From: Sphagnum compactum
Lineage: Eukaryota
DNA: 64,000 nucleotides
Direction: 5' to 3'
NCBI GenBank assembly: GCA_965153455.1
Contig: OZ234493.1
Coordinates: forward strand, 11,832,213-11,896,212
Both the position numbers and the translations under genes were made by a program. This document shows positions 1 to 13,437 of this stretch, one piece after another; positions within the stretch are counted from its first letter, which is position 1; the number at the start of each line of letters is the position of its first letter. The notes under the pieces were generated by a model, which saw only the letters and a program-made list of their open reading frames with translations, was not told the DNA's origin and did no database searches.

Positions 1-1228
1 GTTTCTGTAGCTGCTGCTGAAGATCCTGGACCTCCCCAGCAAACTTGACCCTTTCCTTCTCTGTGTCCTCTCTAAGTGCTTGAAGCTCGGATGTCAGATT
101 ACTTTCACTTGTACCCACTTCCTGCAAACGATTCCACGCCTTCTGAAGATCAGCTGCCAGTTCCAGTCTCTCCCCTTCCTGTCGTTCTTTGACCTCCTCC
201 AATTTGTCAAGTTCACCCACCAACCGTGTCTTCTCTTCCTGTAGCTCCTTCAAGCATCAGGCTGAATTCAGCAGACTTCATCCCCCATTGTTTGATCTCC
301 TCTCCTGATCTCTCTAGCTGTTTGTGCAAATCTTCACTTACTGACTTCAGATTTTCATTTTCCAACTGAAGATTGGATCTCTCAGCTTCAAATTTCTCCT
401 TCCATGTTGCCTGTTCCCTAGCCATTTCTTCCTCTCTCCTCTCTCTTGCACAAGTTCAGAAACCTCATTTTTCAATTTGACATTGTCCATCTCCAACTCA
501 TCCAGCTTGTGCGAAGTTTCAAGAGATTTTGCAACTGCAACATCAGATTTTTCTCCCAGTTCTTGCAACTGTTGCTCAAGCTCTCGTACCTTGGCAACAT
601 AACCAGTCAATTCTGCATCTCTCCATCCTTGAAGCCCTGTCACCTCTTTTGTAAGAAATGTCTCACGTTCGTTAGCTGCCTGTAACTTCTCCCACACTGT
701 CTGCAACCCGGCCACCAGTTCCAATCTCTCACCATCATGTCTATCTTTCTCCGCTTCCAGTTTGCCAATTTCCTTCTTCAACGTAGCATTCTCACCCCAT
801 AGCTCCTGCAGTGATTGGTTTGATTCGTTGATAAGCTTCTTCTTGTCCTCTCCGAGCCTCCATATCTGCTGATTCAAATCCTCAGCTGAAGACAAAAACT
901 CCATCTTCTCTGCCTCCAAATTCTGCACATGCTCCTTCCATGTGGCCAGCTCCTCTGCAATCTCTGCCTCCCTTTTCTGTCTCTCTTCGACAAGTTGATC
1001 AACATTTGTAGCAAGCAATTTCTTTTCAGCAGCTAAAGCTTCCAGCTTCTTACCCAATTCCCTCAGTTCTGCAACCACATAGACATTTTCGTCATTCAAT
1101 CCATGCAACTGTAGCTGCAGCTCTTGCACCTTGGATTGAAGCTCAACCCTCTCCACATCCAGCTCTTTGAGTTCAGACCCATGACGAATATCACGCTCAG
1201 AAGCAACTTGTAATTGCTCCTGAGCTTT
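1..1228 (-). pseudogene. Long repetitive coiled-coil protein (about 180-aa internal repeat), disrupted by two frameshifts; runs off the left edge
   Basis: ORFs 347-1156 and 213-425 plus a third segment (253 to 1: LKELQEEKTRLVGELDKLEEVKERQEGERLELAADLQKAWNRLQ...) form one E/K/L/Q-rich heptad protein. Motifs ATWKE, GERLEL and V.EL.QQLQ recur. Frameshifts lie near 430-445 and near 254. Confidence 0.65.
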
Positions 1229-2189
1229 CTATTTTCTTGAACTTGTTTATAATCAAAGAATATAAACCAAACTAAAAAGATATTGCCTTTTCAAAAATGG
1301 GTACTAAAAGTGTGCATCTCATGACTTCTTGTTTGAAGCCATATTGTTATATGGCCCCAAGGTTTTCAAATGTTGTTTTGGAGATGGGAAAGCATTAAAA
1401 ATTCAAATGGATTGATGACACCATAGTTGCTCTCTCTATAACCTTATTACCATTACATTTGGATGTGATAAATTTGGCAGGTGACAAGCAATGGGCTCTT
1501 GGTAAGGAACCTAAGGAACATAGCTGGGAACCCGTGTGAGCATGTGGAACAAGTACCTTTTGTAGCGAGCGAATTTGGAGCTCCAAAACACTAAGATAAA
1601 GCACCTCTTTTGGGGGTGTTACATAACATTGTAATGTTAGGGCAAAATTAAGCAAATTTGAAGATTTTTTTGAAAGTTACCATCAAGTTACCATTACACT
1701 ACCATCCGGCTAACATTGGGTGCCACATTAGATGCCACATAAGTTTTGGTGCTAGCTACCATTTTTGGTGTGAATCTTTGACAAAAAATGGACCTCTTAA
1801 CTTTGACTTAACATGCAATTACCACCAAGTCCGATTGCAACTTAAGTACTTTATTTCTAACCATTTGAAAAGAAACTTTGGCAATCATAGTTTAGTTTAT
1901 TGAAGGAAAAAAAACATTGACTAATTATGTAAGATGGGTGAGTTTAAAACAGTCATAATATATATATATATATATGCAATCAATTTATCTATTGCACAAA
2001 TAATAGGTCCCGTCATCAAGATTTTTTTGTTTCAATTTTGTGAGGTAGGTGGGTTAATGAAAAGAAAAGGAAGTGCGTTAGAAATGTTGGAAAAAAAAAC
2101 AAATTATGAAAATGTAATAAGCATTTCAGATGAACCAATTGAAAAGGCTTAACCCAAAATGAAATAATTTTTTTAAAATTAAATGCCAC

Positions 2190-2420
2190 ATGGTTTAGGT
2201 CTAAACATAAACTAAGTGTCATATGACTTAGGTCTAGGCCTAGACTAAATGTCACATAGGTTATTGGGTCTTAGCATAGGCTAACTTAGGTGTCAATGCT
2301 TAGACCTAGCCTAGGTGCCTATGTGGAAGCCTAACCTAGGTTAATGTTAAGTATTAATATTTAGACCTAGTTTAGGTGTTTATGTCCAAGCCTAGTCATG
2401 TGGCATAGCCTAGCTTAATA
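2190..2420. repeat. Degenerate CCTAGG/TAGGTC-rich short repeat array, likely transposon subterminal
   Basis: Repeated taggtctag, agacctag and cctagg motifs. Confidence 0.45.
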
Positions 2421-2523
2421 TTGAAGTGATTAAACTTATGAATGTGAATGTGTCACATGTCATTTAATTATTGGTTGACCTTTTGCTCAATTGAGTTGTA
2501 ATTATATGTTTGATGACTTCATG

Positions 2524-3440
2524 TGTCGCAACCCTAACTTTGGCTCGCGATCAAAGCAAAAGTTTGCAAAGGTGTGGGCCAAGAGTGAAGCCTAGGAGTC
2601 ACATTTCATGCTCCCGAGAGTGTAAAAAACTGTGAGCAAATGAACCCCCACACTCCCAAGTGAGTTCCCATTTTGGGAGTTGGAGTCTCGATGGATTCCC
2701 GAATCTTCAGAGGGCGATTGCAGAGGCCAAACTCATTGAATTGAATAATTCCTTATAGCATTGAAAAGCTCTTGAAACGTAAATGTCTTAAATGGGTTCA
2801 CATGACCTATTTGGGTACTTAAAACATAAGTTATGGCCAAAAGAAGGGTCGAAAGTCAAATTGTCAATTTGACTCCCAACCACTAAAAGTCAGGAATCGC
2901 CTTAATTTACTTTTGTGCAGGTGACGTGTCACATAATGTTGGAAAGCTTTCGATGAGAGCTACAACTTTGCTTCAAACCTCACCTCAATTGGAGGTCTGC
3001 ACAAGAAGTTATGGGCCCCCAAAGTCACACAAGTTTCAATTTCGGGAATTTCAAGACTCCCAACTTGAGAGTCTTGGAACAAAATGACATTTGGGTGCAG
3101 GCCCCATGGCCAGGCACAAAGAATATTATAAGGGGGAAGGTGGTGGCTTCCCCCAAGTCCGAGCTGTGGTGAATCTTGTGAATCCGTGTTTGCCCATGGC
3201 TCATCTGTGCACCAAAAGTGCTCCAACTACGCACTAACCAACTTGTTGTTTGGTTTGTGCAAGTCCGTGTGAATAATTGACTTGCTTGTCACTATTCCTA
3301 GCCCCCATCCTGCAGCTCCGGCACGCCCCTCTACCCCAAAGTGTTGCGAGCCAAGGAGCGTGCCACAACTCCTTATCCTTCCATTGTTTTCACCCTTTGG
3401 ACTCGCAAATGAATCCATCAAGGAATTTGGGAGTGCGTCA
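2524..3440. mobile_element. Solo LTR (917 bp) with 5-bp target-site duplication
   Basis: Begins TGTCGCA and ends TGCGTCA (TG...CA imperfect inverted ends). Flanked by TCATG at 2519-2523 and 3441-3445. Higher GC than flanks; no coding remnant. Confidence 0.9.
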
Positions 3441-4129
3441 TCATGCAATGTCAATGGATGGATCCCATCCAACTATTGAAATTGACCTTCGACTATAATG
3501 GTAAATTGATGATGGCATTCAACGTAAACGAATGAAGTTCATTCATACATGGATCATAGTAAAAAATGACCTTCAAGCATAATGGTAAGTAAGTTTACAA
3601 CTAAATTGATCAATGTCCACAATGTTAACACATGTTTGTCGCTTTCAACTATGGTGTCATTTTTAACTTGTCATTGTTAACTTTTTGGGTATGTAGTTGT
3701 AAAAAAATGTTATAATTGTAAAAAAACATTTTGCAATTGTATTTGTCATTTTCAACTTCAATTCATAATTGAAATGAAGTTGAAAACATAGTTGCAAATG
3801 GGGGGTATTTTTCTTAGTATAAGTTATGCATAAACATGTGGCCCATGCCATTTAAGCCAGGCTTAAACCACATGGCACCTAGCTGGGAAAATTTTAGTTA
3901 ATTTTAAATTTAGTCTTTAAGGTTGGGCTCATACCAAATGACATTTATTTATTTATTTTTATTTATTTATTTATTTATTTTTGGGTGTTTTTAGTGCACT
4001 CATTTATATTGTTTACAAGTTTGAAAGGATGACAAACAATATGAGATAAACTTTTGAAAAGAATAAACATTTTCATATCCTATACAACATTATAACCTTT
4101 TATCTCATACAAAATTATGTTTTAGTTTA

Positions 4130-4665
4130 TTAAGTATAGTAAATATATATATGTAAGTAGGTAATTAAAGAAATAGGTACATTTTTAGGTAGGTAGATAT
4201 ATATAATAAATTAGTTCAACATAGGAATTAATTATAATAGAACTAGTACCTAAATATTTAGTTACACAATAAATAGTGTACTTTTAAAAATTAACTAAAT
4301 AATTAACTAGTAACTTGGCCTAGGTATGTAGGTAGTTTACTTTAGTTTACATACCTAGGCTACTTAGACCACCTACATAACATACTTAGTGTATATGCCT
4401 TAGAAACTATCTATATGCTACCGAGAGCACTTACATACTAGACCTAAGTTACATAAGCTTATGTAGGCTAAATATAAATAAATAAATAACTTAAGTATGT
4501 AAGCTAGGATATAAATAGTCTAATATAGACCTATGTACACTTAAGCTACCTATACTAAGTACATTAAGTAGCCTAGTTATTTAATTACACGTTTTTTATT
4601 AATGTATTTAGCTTACACCTAGGTTAGGCTACCTATATATGTCATAAAATAGGCAACCTAGGTAT
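4130..4665. repeat. Degenerate TAGGTA/TACCTA-rich repeat array
   Basis: Many taggta, acctag and tacata motifs in both orientations. Confidence 0.45.
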
Positions 4666-7600
4666 GAGGAAGATGATGCCTTGTAAAAAAGTTGAAGAAA
4701 TATCCATCTTATGAATATAATAGGGTTCATTCTATAATCATTTATATTTTGCAAAAGTTTCATGTACTCAAACTTAAAGAATGCGACTTAATTTAGTGAA
4801 ACAAAGGGGAAACAAACCATTTTTATAATCAAAAAAATATTAAAAGTATAAACAAACTATTTTTAGTAATTTATAATCCATGATTTGCCGTGGAACACGT
4901 ATTCACAAGTATTTTTGTGTGTGTGACTAGCTTTTCATATTCAAAAGCTTATAGAGAAAAGGAAAAAATAAATCCAACTGTACAATTACACATCATTATC
5001 ACCAATTCTTATTACTTAGTAAAAAAACTTTATTCAAAACAATGTTACAATTGATAACATAGTATTAAAATTAATTTGTGCATATGAAACATGGAGAATT
5101 TTGGTTATACAATGATTAAGCCCTTGCCTATTTGACTATTTTTCATAATAAAATGAATCATTATATGTATATGAACCATTATAGATAAAAAAGACATGGC
5201 CCCAAGAAAAAGAAGCATGGACAACATTCACCTTTTTAATTGCACCTTGCATTTTGGTGACCAAGCTTTCAATGTATTTTTGAAATTAAAGAATGCCAAA
5301 AAAAATGAAAAAGTTTATTTTTAAATCCATTGTTGAATTTTTAATGTATACCAAAAAAAAAAAAAACATGTGAGAAACCAAAACAAATTTGTGGGTTTTT
5401 TAAATTATATTTACCAATATAAAAAATTCTTACATGCACATTGCATACTAACATATTTTAATTTGAAAAATGATATTTGACAATGATATATCAATTGCCC
5501 TAAATTAGAAGATGTAAAATTTTCATTAAAATTTTTCCTTATATTTAAAATATGTAAAATGTGCATTTCTTTTGTTAATTATTGATATTAAAAAAATAAC
5601 AAAAGCTCTACAGCCATATTTTTATTTATTTCCAAGTTACATAAATAAATATGTTTAAGAAGATCACAAAACACAAATAATGGGTTAAATATATTTGAGA
5701 ACAGACATTTTGAAAATTTGAATTTCACCCATATCTTCATGATTAAATTAGACATTTTCTTGGTCATTTGCAAAGGGTAATGAACCATAGTTATAAATTG
5801 TCATAAATGTGGAACATTTCCACTTGCAATTTGTGTCTTTTGATTTCAATGGATAGGACATTGGTGTTAAATATTTTTAGATGTATAAATTGATGTACAA
5901 CAAATTGTTTGTCAACATAAAAATGTTTATTCATGATAACTTTAGGTTCCATGCTATTGCACACCACAAGTGATGATCAACTTAAAAAATTTCTTTTGTT
6001 CCCATATCGTTTCCAATATTTCATCATGATTTATGTCAATATCAAATTTGTTTTGAATTGATATAAATATCAAGGACATGAAAAAAGAAAAAAAAAACAC
6101 ATATTAATTTACTTTTGAAATCCATGTTGATGCATAGGGAAAGGAGTGAGGTATAAGGAAAGATAGTAAGAAACAAGGTAGTTATTAGAAAAAATGAAGT
6201 GAGGTAATTAGGCTTGGGAATGTGGTAGATATGAATTGTTTCTAGAACTACCATAGGAAGAACTATACAAAATCAATTTTCTAGTGAGAACAATATGAAG
6301 GATCATGAAAAATCTCCCATGCATATATATACCAATTTTTTGAAATTTCTCATCATTGGAATGAATATATGTTGTATGTTTATATATATGATGTGCATTG
6401 GTATGTATCTCCTATAAGGTTCATTATATAGACTTTAACTTTAAAGTAAGTTCCTAAATTATTTAATTATTAAATATATGTGTGAATAATGATAATAAAA
6501 TCATGTACATTATAACAAAACTCATTGTGTACGCGTGCATAATTTTTATTTAATGAAATTGTTAAGCATATTTTGTGTATATATATATATATATCCATGA
6601 AATGATATCTTGTATCATCATAAAAATTAATGGAAGAGAAATGACCAAAAACAAATTTGAAACATATGATTTCATAAAAGGCTCATAAATTATATGACAA
6701 CTAAAATTATAAAATCATGTCGAAAAAAAATTCATATTAAAAGGAAAGGATAGTATTTTGAAGGTTTCATAAACTAGTTACAAGCTTTTGGGAACTTTAT
6801 GTTAAATAAAGGCATTTTTTATAGCATATTTATTGAACACGTTTCGTAGACAAATCCAAATGTTTATTGAAACATGATAGGTTATCTTTTCATTTAAAAC
6901 TCTTATAATCATTTTTAAAATTTTAAAATGGTATAAAATTTTATGAAATATGAAAAAAAAAATGTCATTCTAAGCATTTTTTTGTTTCATTAACATAAAC
7001 TATAGTGTTTACATCATTTCAATTAATTTCTAATAATGTTATTAAATAAACAAGTGGATGTGGGCATGTGTTGTAAATGGGCATAAATTGAATATGCTTA
7101 TCCAAACATGTTTTTCCCAATGAATATATAACTCATTAAAATTTTGCAACTAAAAGGACTTGGGAATTAAAATTTAGGAAATTAAATACCTACTTGGATG
7201 GATATCATTGAACTTTGCGTGAAAAAAAATTCATCACTTATTTTGTCATGAAAAAAATCACAAGTAAACAAAGATGGAAAACACAAATAACACCCTAAAA
7301 AACCCACACTCGCTAATGAAACAATTTGTATAATTAAACCAATGTTTATAAGAATTTAAAGACTTTGAAAAATTTCCACATATAGGAAAATCCCATGGGA
7401 TTTGCAAAGTAATGTGTACACACATATCTTTAGCTTTTGCATCTTTTATGTCAATACATCCTATTTGTTTGGGGCATTGATGCAACATACCAATCTCAAT
7501 AACCATGAAATAAGGCAAAACAAGTCGATCTAGTAATTCTTCTCTATGACATACGCCAATTTCACCCTTCCAAGAATTTTGTTTATCAATGATAAATGTC

Positions 7601-9875
7601 AAAGTCATTAATATCACACATCCATGTTTTTCACACTATTAGTGCTAGTAAAATGTACCTACTAATTAGGCATTGCCTTGTTTTGTTCCTATTCTAGATG
7701 TTGTTCAACCTTGCCCAAATCACCAAAAATCATAAAATTTCAAAAATTTGAAATCCAAACAACCCAAACATGTGATGCAAGATCTTGTAACAACATTTTG
7801 GGATTTGAACTCATAACCATTTGTAAGAGGACCAAAGGGTCTAAACACAAGGTTATAATTTCAATGCAAGAAATTAATTCCTAACCTTGCAAAGGTAGCC
7901 CAAAGTTTCCAACACACTCTTGTTCAACATGAAAAACTTAAATACTTACCCATTTAAATATGAATTTTATAAACAAACACCAAAAATTAAGCCTAATGAT
8001 TTGATGTGTGTAAAGCTTGAAAGAAATGTGATCAATGTTTGTGGTAATTAAACATGATTATACTCCCCTATCATCGTACCACTTGTCAAGCTCCATTACA
8101 TTCTCCAAATAGAACCAATGAATGAAATCTTTGGAGATAACAGGGTCCCAAGTCATATTGCCCCACATTATTGTAACATATTTGTATTTGTAGATTAATA
8201 CATGAACTAATATCCCTTGCAGTACATGGTAGTTACAAAAAAAAATGCATGAATTTGTTGTCAAAAACATGTAGAGCTTGACATTAGGGTCCATTCACGG
8301 TTGGGGTACACAAAAGGAATGACTTTCCCCAAAATCATTTTCATAACATTACTTTGAATGACCATTACATTTATGAAATAATTTTTTGATAATTTTTTTC
8401 ATTAGATATTCACATGTTTTTTAATTAAAATGGTGGTGATTTTTTTTAATTTGAATTATTAAAACATGTTCTTAAATGTCATGAAAGATGGAGTTCAGGA
8501 ACTATGTCCCACTACAAAATTTTATCGAAAAATAGTTAACAAAACTAGCAATATTTGTTCAAATTGTTCCATATTTTAATCGCAATAAAATAAAATATGT
8601 TCTACTTAATGGCATAAATTTCTATTATGATAAATCATCAAATTTTGTGGAATTGATGTTAGAATCTTAAATTTTTTCATAAAAAAATATGCATTAATAA
8701 AAACAATCAAATTAAGTTTGTTAATTAGAAAATTACATTCCAAAGATTTGAAAAAAGTGTAGGAAACATGGGTGCAAAAAAAAAGACATTATTTGATGTT
8801 TTTAATAGGGTTCTGGCACTCCAAATGAGAATATGTCATTTTAAAATGTCAAAGTAGTCATGCATTCCTTTTAAACATGACATTCAAAATTTGTTCAATT
8901 GATTTGAACCATTCGTAATAACACTTATTGGTTGAAAGCCTAAATATTCATTGTTTACCATCTTAAAACATTCATTTTGTTAAATCTTTGCTTTTTTACT
9001 CAAGACATAAGACAAATGGGTGTCATGGTTTTTGTTGTGGTAGCCCAATCATGAATGCACTCATTAATATATCATTTTGTTGCAATCTGAACCTTTTAAT
9101 TTCATAGCACATTTGTTACTAACCAAGATATATTTGTTTCATCTGTTTCATTTCTTGTTCATGTTATTCATGGTAATTAGCCCACTCAACCTCTTAGGCT
9201 AGATTGAACATTGTTGTTATTTTATTTTTCTTGGAGGACCAAAACAATCTTAACATATTATATAATTACAACAGTTCATATGGTTTTCCATATCTTTCAT
9301 TTGATGCAAACACCAAGTTTGATCAAGACATACCCAAAAAAGTCTATGTTTGCTTGAAGCATGAAATATCTTTGATTATCAATGTCAAATGGCAAAGATC
9401 CATGGATATTCATCCAAAACAAAATAAAAAACACCTCAAATTACAAAAAGGATGGAATTGAATATACTTGACATAATTTGCACAATAATTTTTTTGCATT
9501 ATATACATAATTGCTACTTACTTACACACCCATTCCGAACACACACCCAACAATAACCCATCAAAACATAAATCCTATACAAAGTTAATCAAGATCTATA
9601 TATTTGCAATATATGCAATTATTGTGTACAAAAGAAACACATTGTTGTAGAGAAACACAAATTACCAACGATGAGAGGGGGGGGCGGTCGGGTCTTTCAA
9701 AGATAGTTCCAAAATCTTCACGTGCACATGGTAGCTTATTACATCCTTGTAATTATTGTAAAGTGAACAAGTATGCCACTACTAGCACATGTTAGTAATC
9801 AACTAGATTCAACTTCATCATGAATCCCTTTCAACAATTCTACAACCCCAAATGTTGTCACATCATATGAATATA

Positions 9876-10050
9876 AAATCACACAAGACTACATCATTTT
9901 TCAAATCGTAGAAAAATCTTCATAAATCACATAAGACTACATGCACCCATAGATTTTAAATCATAGAAAAATCTCCATAAATCACACAAGATTGCATGCA
10001 CCATTTTTCAAATTGTAGAGAAATTTCCACAACCACATAAAACTACAATG
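9876..10050 (+). repeat. Degenerate tandem repeat, about 3 copies of 50-55 bp
   Basis: Unit aaatcacacaagactacat...tttcaaatcgtagaaaaatctycat repeats. Confidence 0.6.
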
Positions 10051-11064
10051 CATTAATTGACCATGGAAAGATTTAGTTGGACTAAAAATCTGGTGGATCG
10101 GTTTAGAATGAAATTTAGAAACTCCACAAAATCTCCACAATATTGCATAACATTGCAAGAATACATAATGATATCATAAGTAAATAATTTTGTTTACAAA
10201 TTGGAGATCAACACTAACTTGGTTTTAAATGGATGTTGTGGAAGTTTTGAGAATGGGAGTGATGGAATGGTGTATCCTTATGATTAGTTTGCACCCCTTG
10301 TTGTTTTGCAAAATTAACAACAAAGAAAACCTTATTGTGTTTTCTCAATTGTTCTCTTTTTGTTGTGAAACAAAATGGGAGGAGAACAACCTTTTTTTTG
10401 TAAACTAAAGTGATGTTGATACTTGCTCAAAACTCCAAAACCTAAACTTCTTCTCATGTGATTATGTGCTTAGGTAGAATGTAAGGGCTTGGAAAAAAAA
10501 CCAACATTAGAAAGGTGACATCACACAATATTTCTAGATTCCACTAATGTTCTTTTCTTTTTTACCTATTTGTTATAGATGGCAGAAAAATTAAGAAAAA
10601 TCCCTTCCTTCTGCAACAACATCTCATACAAGTATCTTTCTTGAGTTCTCTCATGTAGACCTTAAAACCCAAGAAAAACTTTGGGTTTTGGAAAATTGGA
10701 GTTCAATGGGTACCTATACATTCAATAGCCCATCCAATTTTTTTTTGAAAAACCATATTTTCACAAGTATCAAAATTATCATGCAAATTGCAAAATGTCT
10801 ATTCCTTGTTGCATGCAATGTCTCTCTTTGTCCTTTGTTGATTGCTTGCAAATGTTATAACTAAACATAAAATCATGTAAACCCTAGAACCATTGAAGAT
10901 ACATTATTTTGAGACATGTCATTTAAGACTTCATTTGGGTCCTCTAATTTAGGATCTCACATAATGAGTGATGTGGCCACTTATGGAGCCGATAATTTTG
11001 CCCACCCAAACAAAGGATGAATTGGACTCAAGACTCTCACCACTTAATGAGACATAAATCAAAG

Positions 11065-12065
11065 AATGGATGAGAGCAATAATGAAAATATGGAATGGAT
11101 GAAAATGGAGTGGATGAAAAAATGATTAAAATGTGGAAGGGACAAAAATGGACTAATTTTTTTAAAAGATGAAAATAAGGAAGGGACAAAATAAATAAAT
11201 AAAATGTGAAAAGGATAAAAATGGATTAATCAATTTTTAAAACGAAATGGTAAAGGGGATGAAAATTGGAGTGGATGAAAAAGGATGAAAATGTGGAATT
11301 AAATGAAAAGTGGAGTGGATAAAAAAATGAAGAATTTGTGAAGAGGGATGAAATTGGAGCATACGAAAAACATGAAAATGTGTAAAAGGAGAAAACTGGA
11401 GTGAATGAAAAAATGATGAAAACATGTGAAAGGAGGAAAGTGAAGTGCATGGAGAAATGATGAAAGCTTAGAAGGGACAAAAGTGAAGTGGATGAAAAAG
11501 ATGAAAGCATGGAAGTTGTGGGGTTGATGGAAAAAAGGAAAAAATGGAATGGATGAAAGAACGATGAAAATGGTGGGGTGAAAAAAGATGAAAATGTGGA
11601 AAGGACAAGAGTGGAGTAGATGAAAAAATGATGAAAATTGGGGAAATGGACAAAAGTGGAGTACAATTGGATGAAAAATATGAAAATGGTGGGGAAGGGA
11701 CAAATGTGGAATGGGTGAGAAAAGGATGAAAACAAATGTGGAAAGGATGACATGAGGAAAATGGAGTGAATGAAAAAATGATGAAAAATGTGGAAAGGAA
11801 CAATTTAAGTGGAGTGCATTAAAAAAAAATGAAAATGGGGAAAGGACAAAAATGGAGTGGGTGAAAAAGGGATGAAAACCAATGTGGAAATGTGATGATG
11901 AAATGGAATGGATGAACAAATAAAAGTGGAGTGGGTGAAAAAAAGATGAAAATTGTGAAAAATGATGAAAATGGTTGGGAAGGGACAAAGGTGGAATGGG
12001 GTGAAAAGAAATTTAAAACCAATGTGGAAGGGATGTTGAGGAAATTGGAATGGATGAAAAAAGAA
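11065..12065 (+). repeat. About 1-kb purine-rich degenerate minisatellite (unit roughly 40-45 bp)
   Basis: Recurring gaaaatgtggaagggacaaaa(g)tggagtggatgaaaaaatgat; the F/H/S-rich minus-strand ORFs are artefacts of this array. Confidence 0.85.
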
Positions 12066-13437
12066 AGTAGTTGTGAGTTGCAAGGCCAGGTGGCCAAAGG
12101 AGGTGAACGAAAGGGTGTCCACAATACATTCCTTCATGCCCTCTTCTTTGTGTGTTTTGTAAGTGTTGTTGCTTTACACCTTTTTGCTTATGATTTCATC
12201 ATCTCTAATATCCAATGCCTCCTTTTTTCCCATCACTTGCCTTACATTGTCTTGCATTATACATGTAGTTTTGGGAAGTCTACTAAAAGGGTTTAGCAAA
12301 CCAAAAAACTAAAAAAAGAAATAATTACATCAAATGCTTGAGAAGAAATTATGTTTATCCTTTTGGATCAATGTCCACTTTGCAAAAAGATTCATGAAAG
12401 CTACCAATGTGAAAATAAGGTTTAAGAATGTTGTATAGGAAGGTCATTGTGTTTAAGAATGACTTGGAAATGCGGGAATTTTTTCCACAATTAGCTTAAT
12501 TGCTAGTTGAAGTGAAAAGAAGAAAATATAAAAAAAGACTTGCTTGAAGGTGTTTAATCATTTGGAAATTAGTGTGAGATAGCAAGCAAGCTTAGCAAGC
12601 ACAAGGGGCCAAAAATTTGTTGGCAATGGCATGTTCATGCAGTGGCCTCACACAATGTGATTTTATATTTTAAACACTTACAACCTACGAATTATTTCTC
12701 TTTTTCCTTCTTGTTCTTCCTCCTCTCTCACACATTATCTATAATAATCTTCTTGATACAATAATAAATAGGATGCGCAAGTGGATTGCTACATACATGT
12801 ACATACAAAACCACAAAATTTAATGGCAAGAAAAATTGTTCATGGTCAAAAGTTAGGGATAATCATGTAGATTTTACAAAGAATATACAAATGGGTTAAA
12901 GTTTCTAGAAGAAAAAACACTACACAATACCTAAGCCTATGGAACAAGGTTTGATAGTTGGTCCCTCGTGCATTTTGGTTTTGTTGAATCATGCTTGCTA
13001 AATCTAGCCATATATTAAACCTTGGAAAAGAGGACATCATCTTAATAAGATGATTGAATCCAAAATCTTGTGGAAACCAATTGGATTCCAAAAAAATTGG
13101 GGTTATGAATTGGCTTGCACAAAGGTTTGCATCATGACGCCATCTTTGTGAAGGAAGAAAGTTGAAAATAGACATGGAGACATGTTCTTCTTTATCACCA
13201 TAAACTTGATGTCCTTTAATTTTCTTCTCCACAAAAGTCTTGTAAAAGTCTTTCTAACAACTTTCATATTTTAGTATTATTCCAAGCATCATTGGGCATA
13301 ATTTTTATGCTTGAGATTGTGTGCACAACATTTTAGTACGTGCAACTACCATGTGCTATTAGGCTCAATGCACTTGAAATGGAAATTGATTTTTTCACGG
13401 TCTTAGTTTTCTTGGATCTTGGATGCTTGTGTTACAG

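Noticed and set aside
11226-12137. Several 100-230 aa F/H/S-rich ORFs
   Set aside because: Translations of a pyrimidine-rich minisatellite strand, open in multiple frames.
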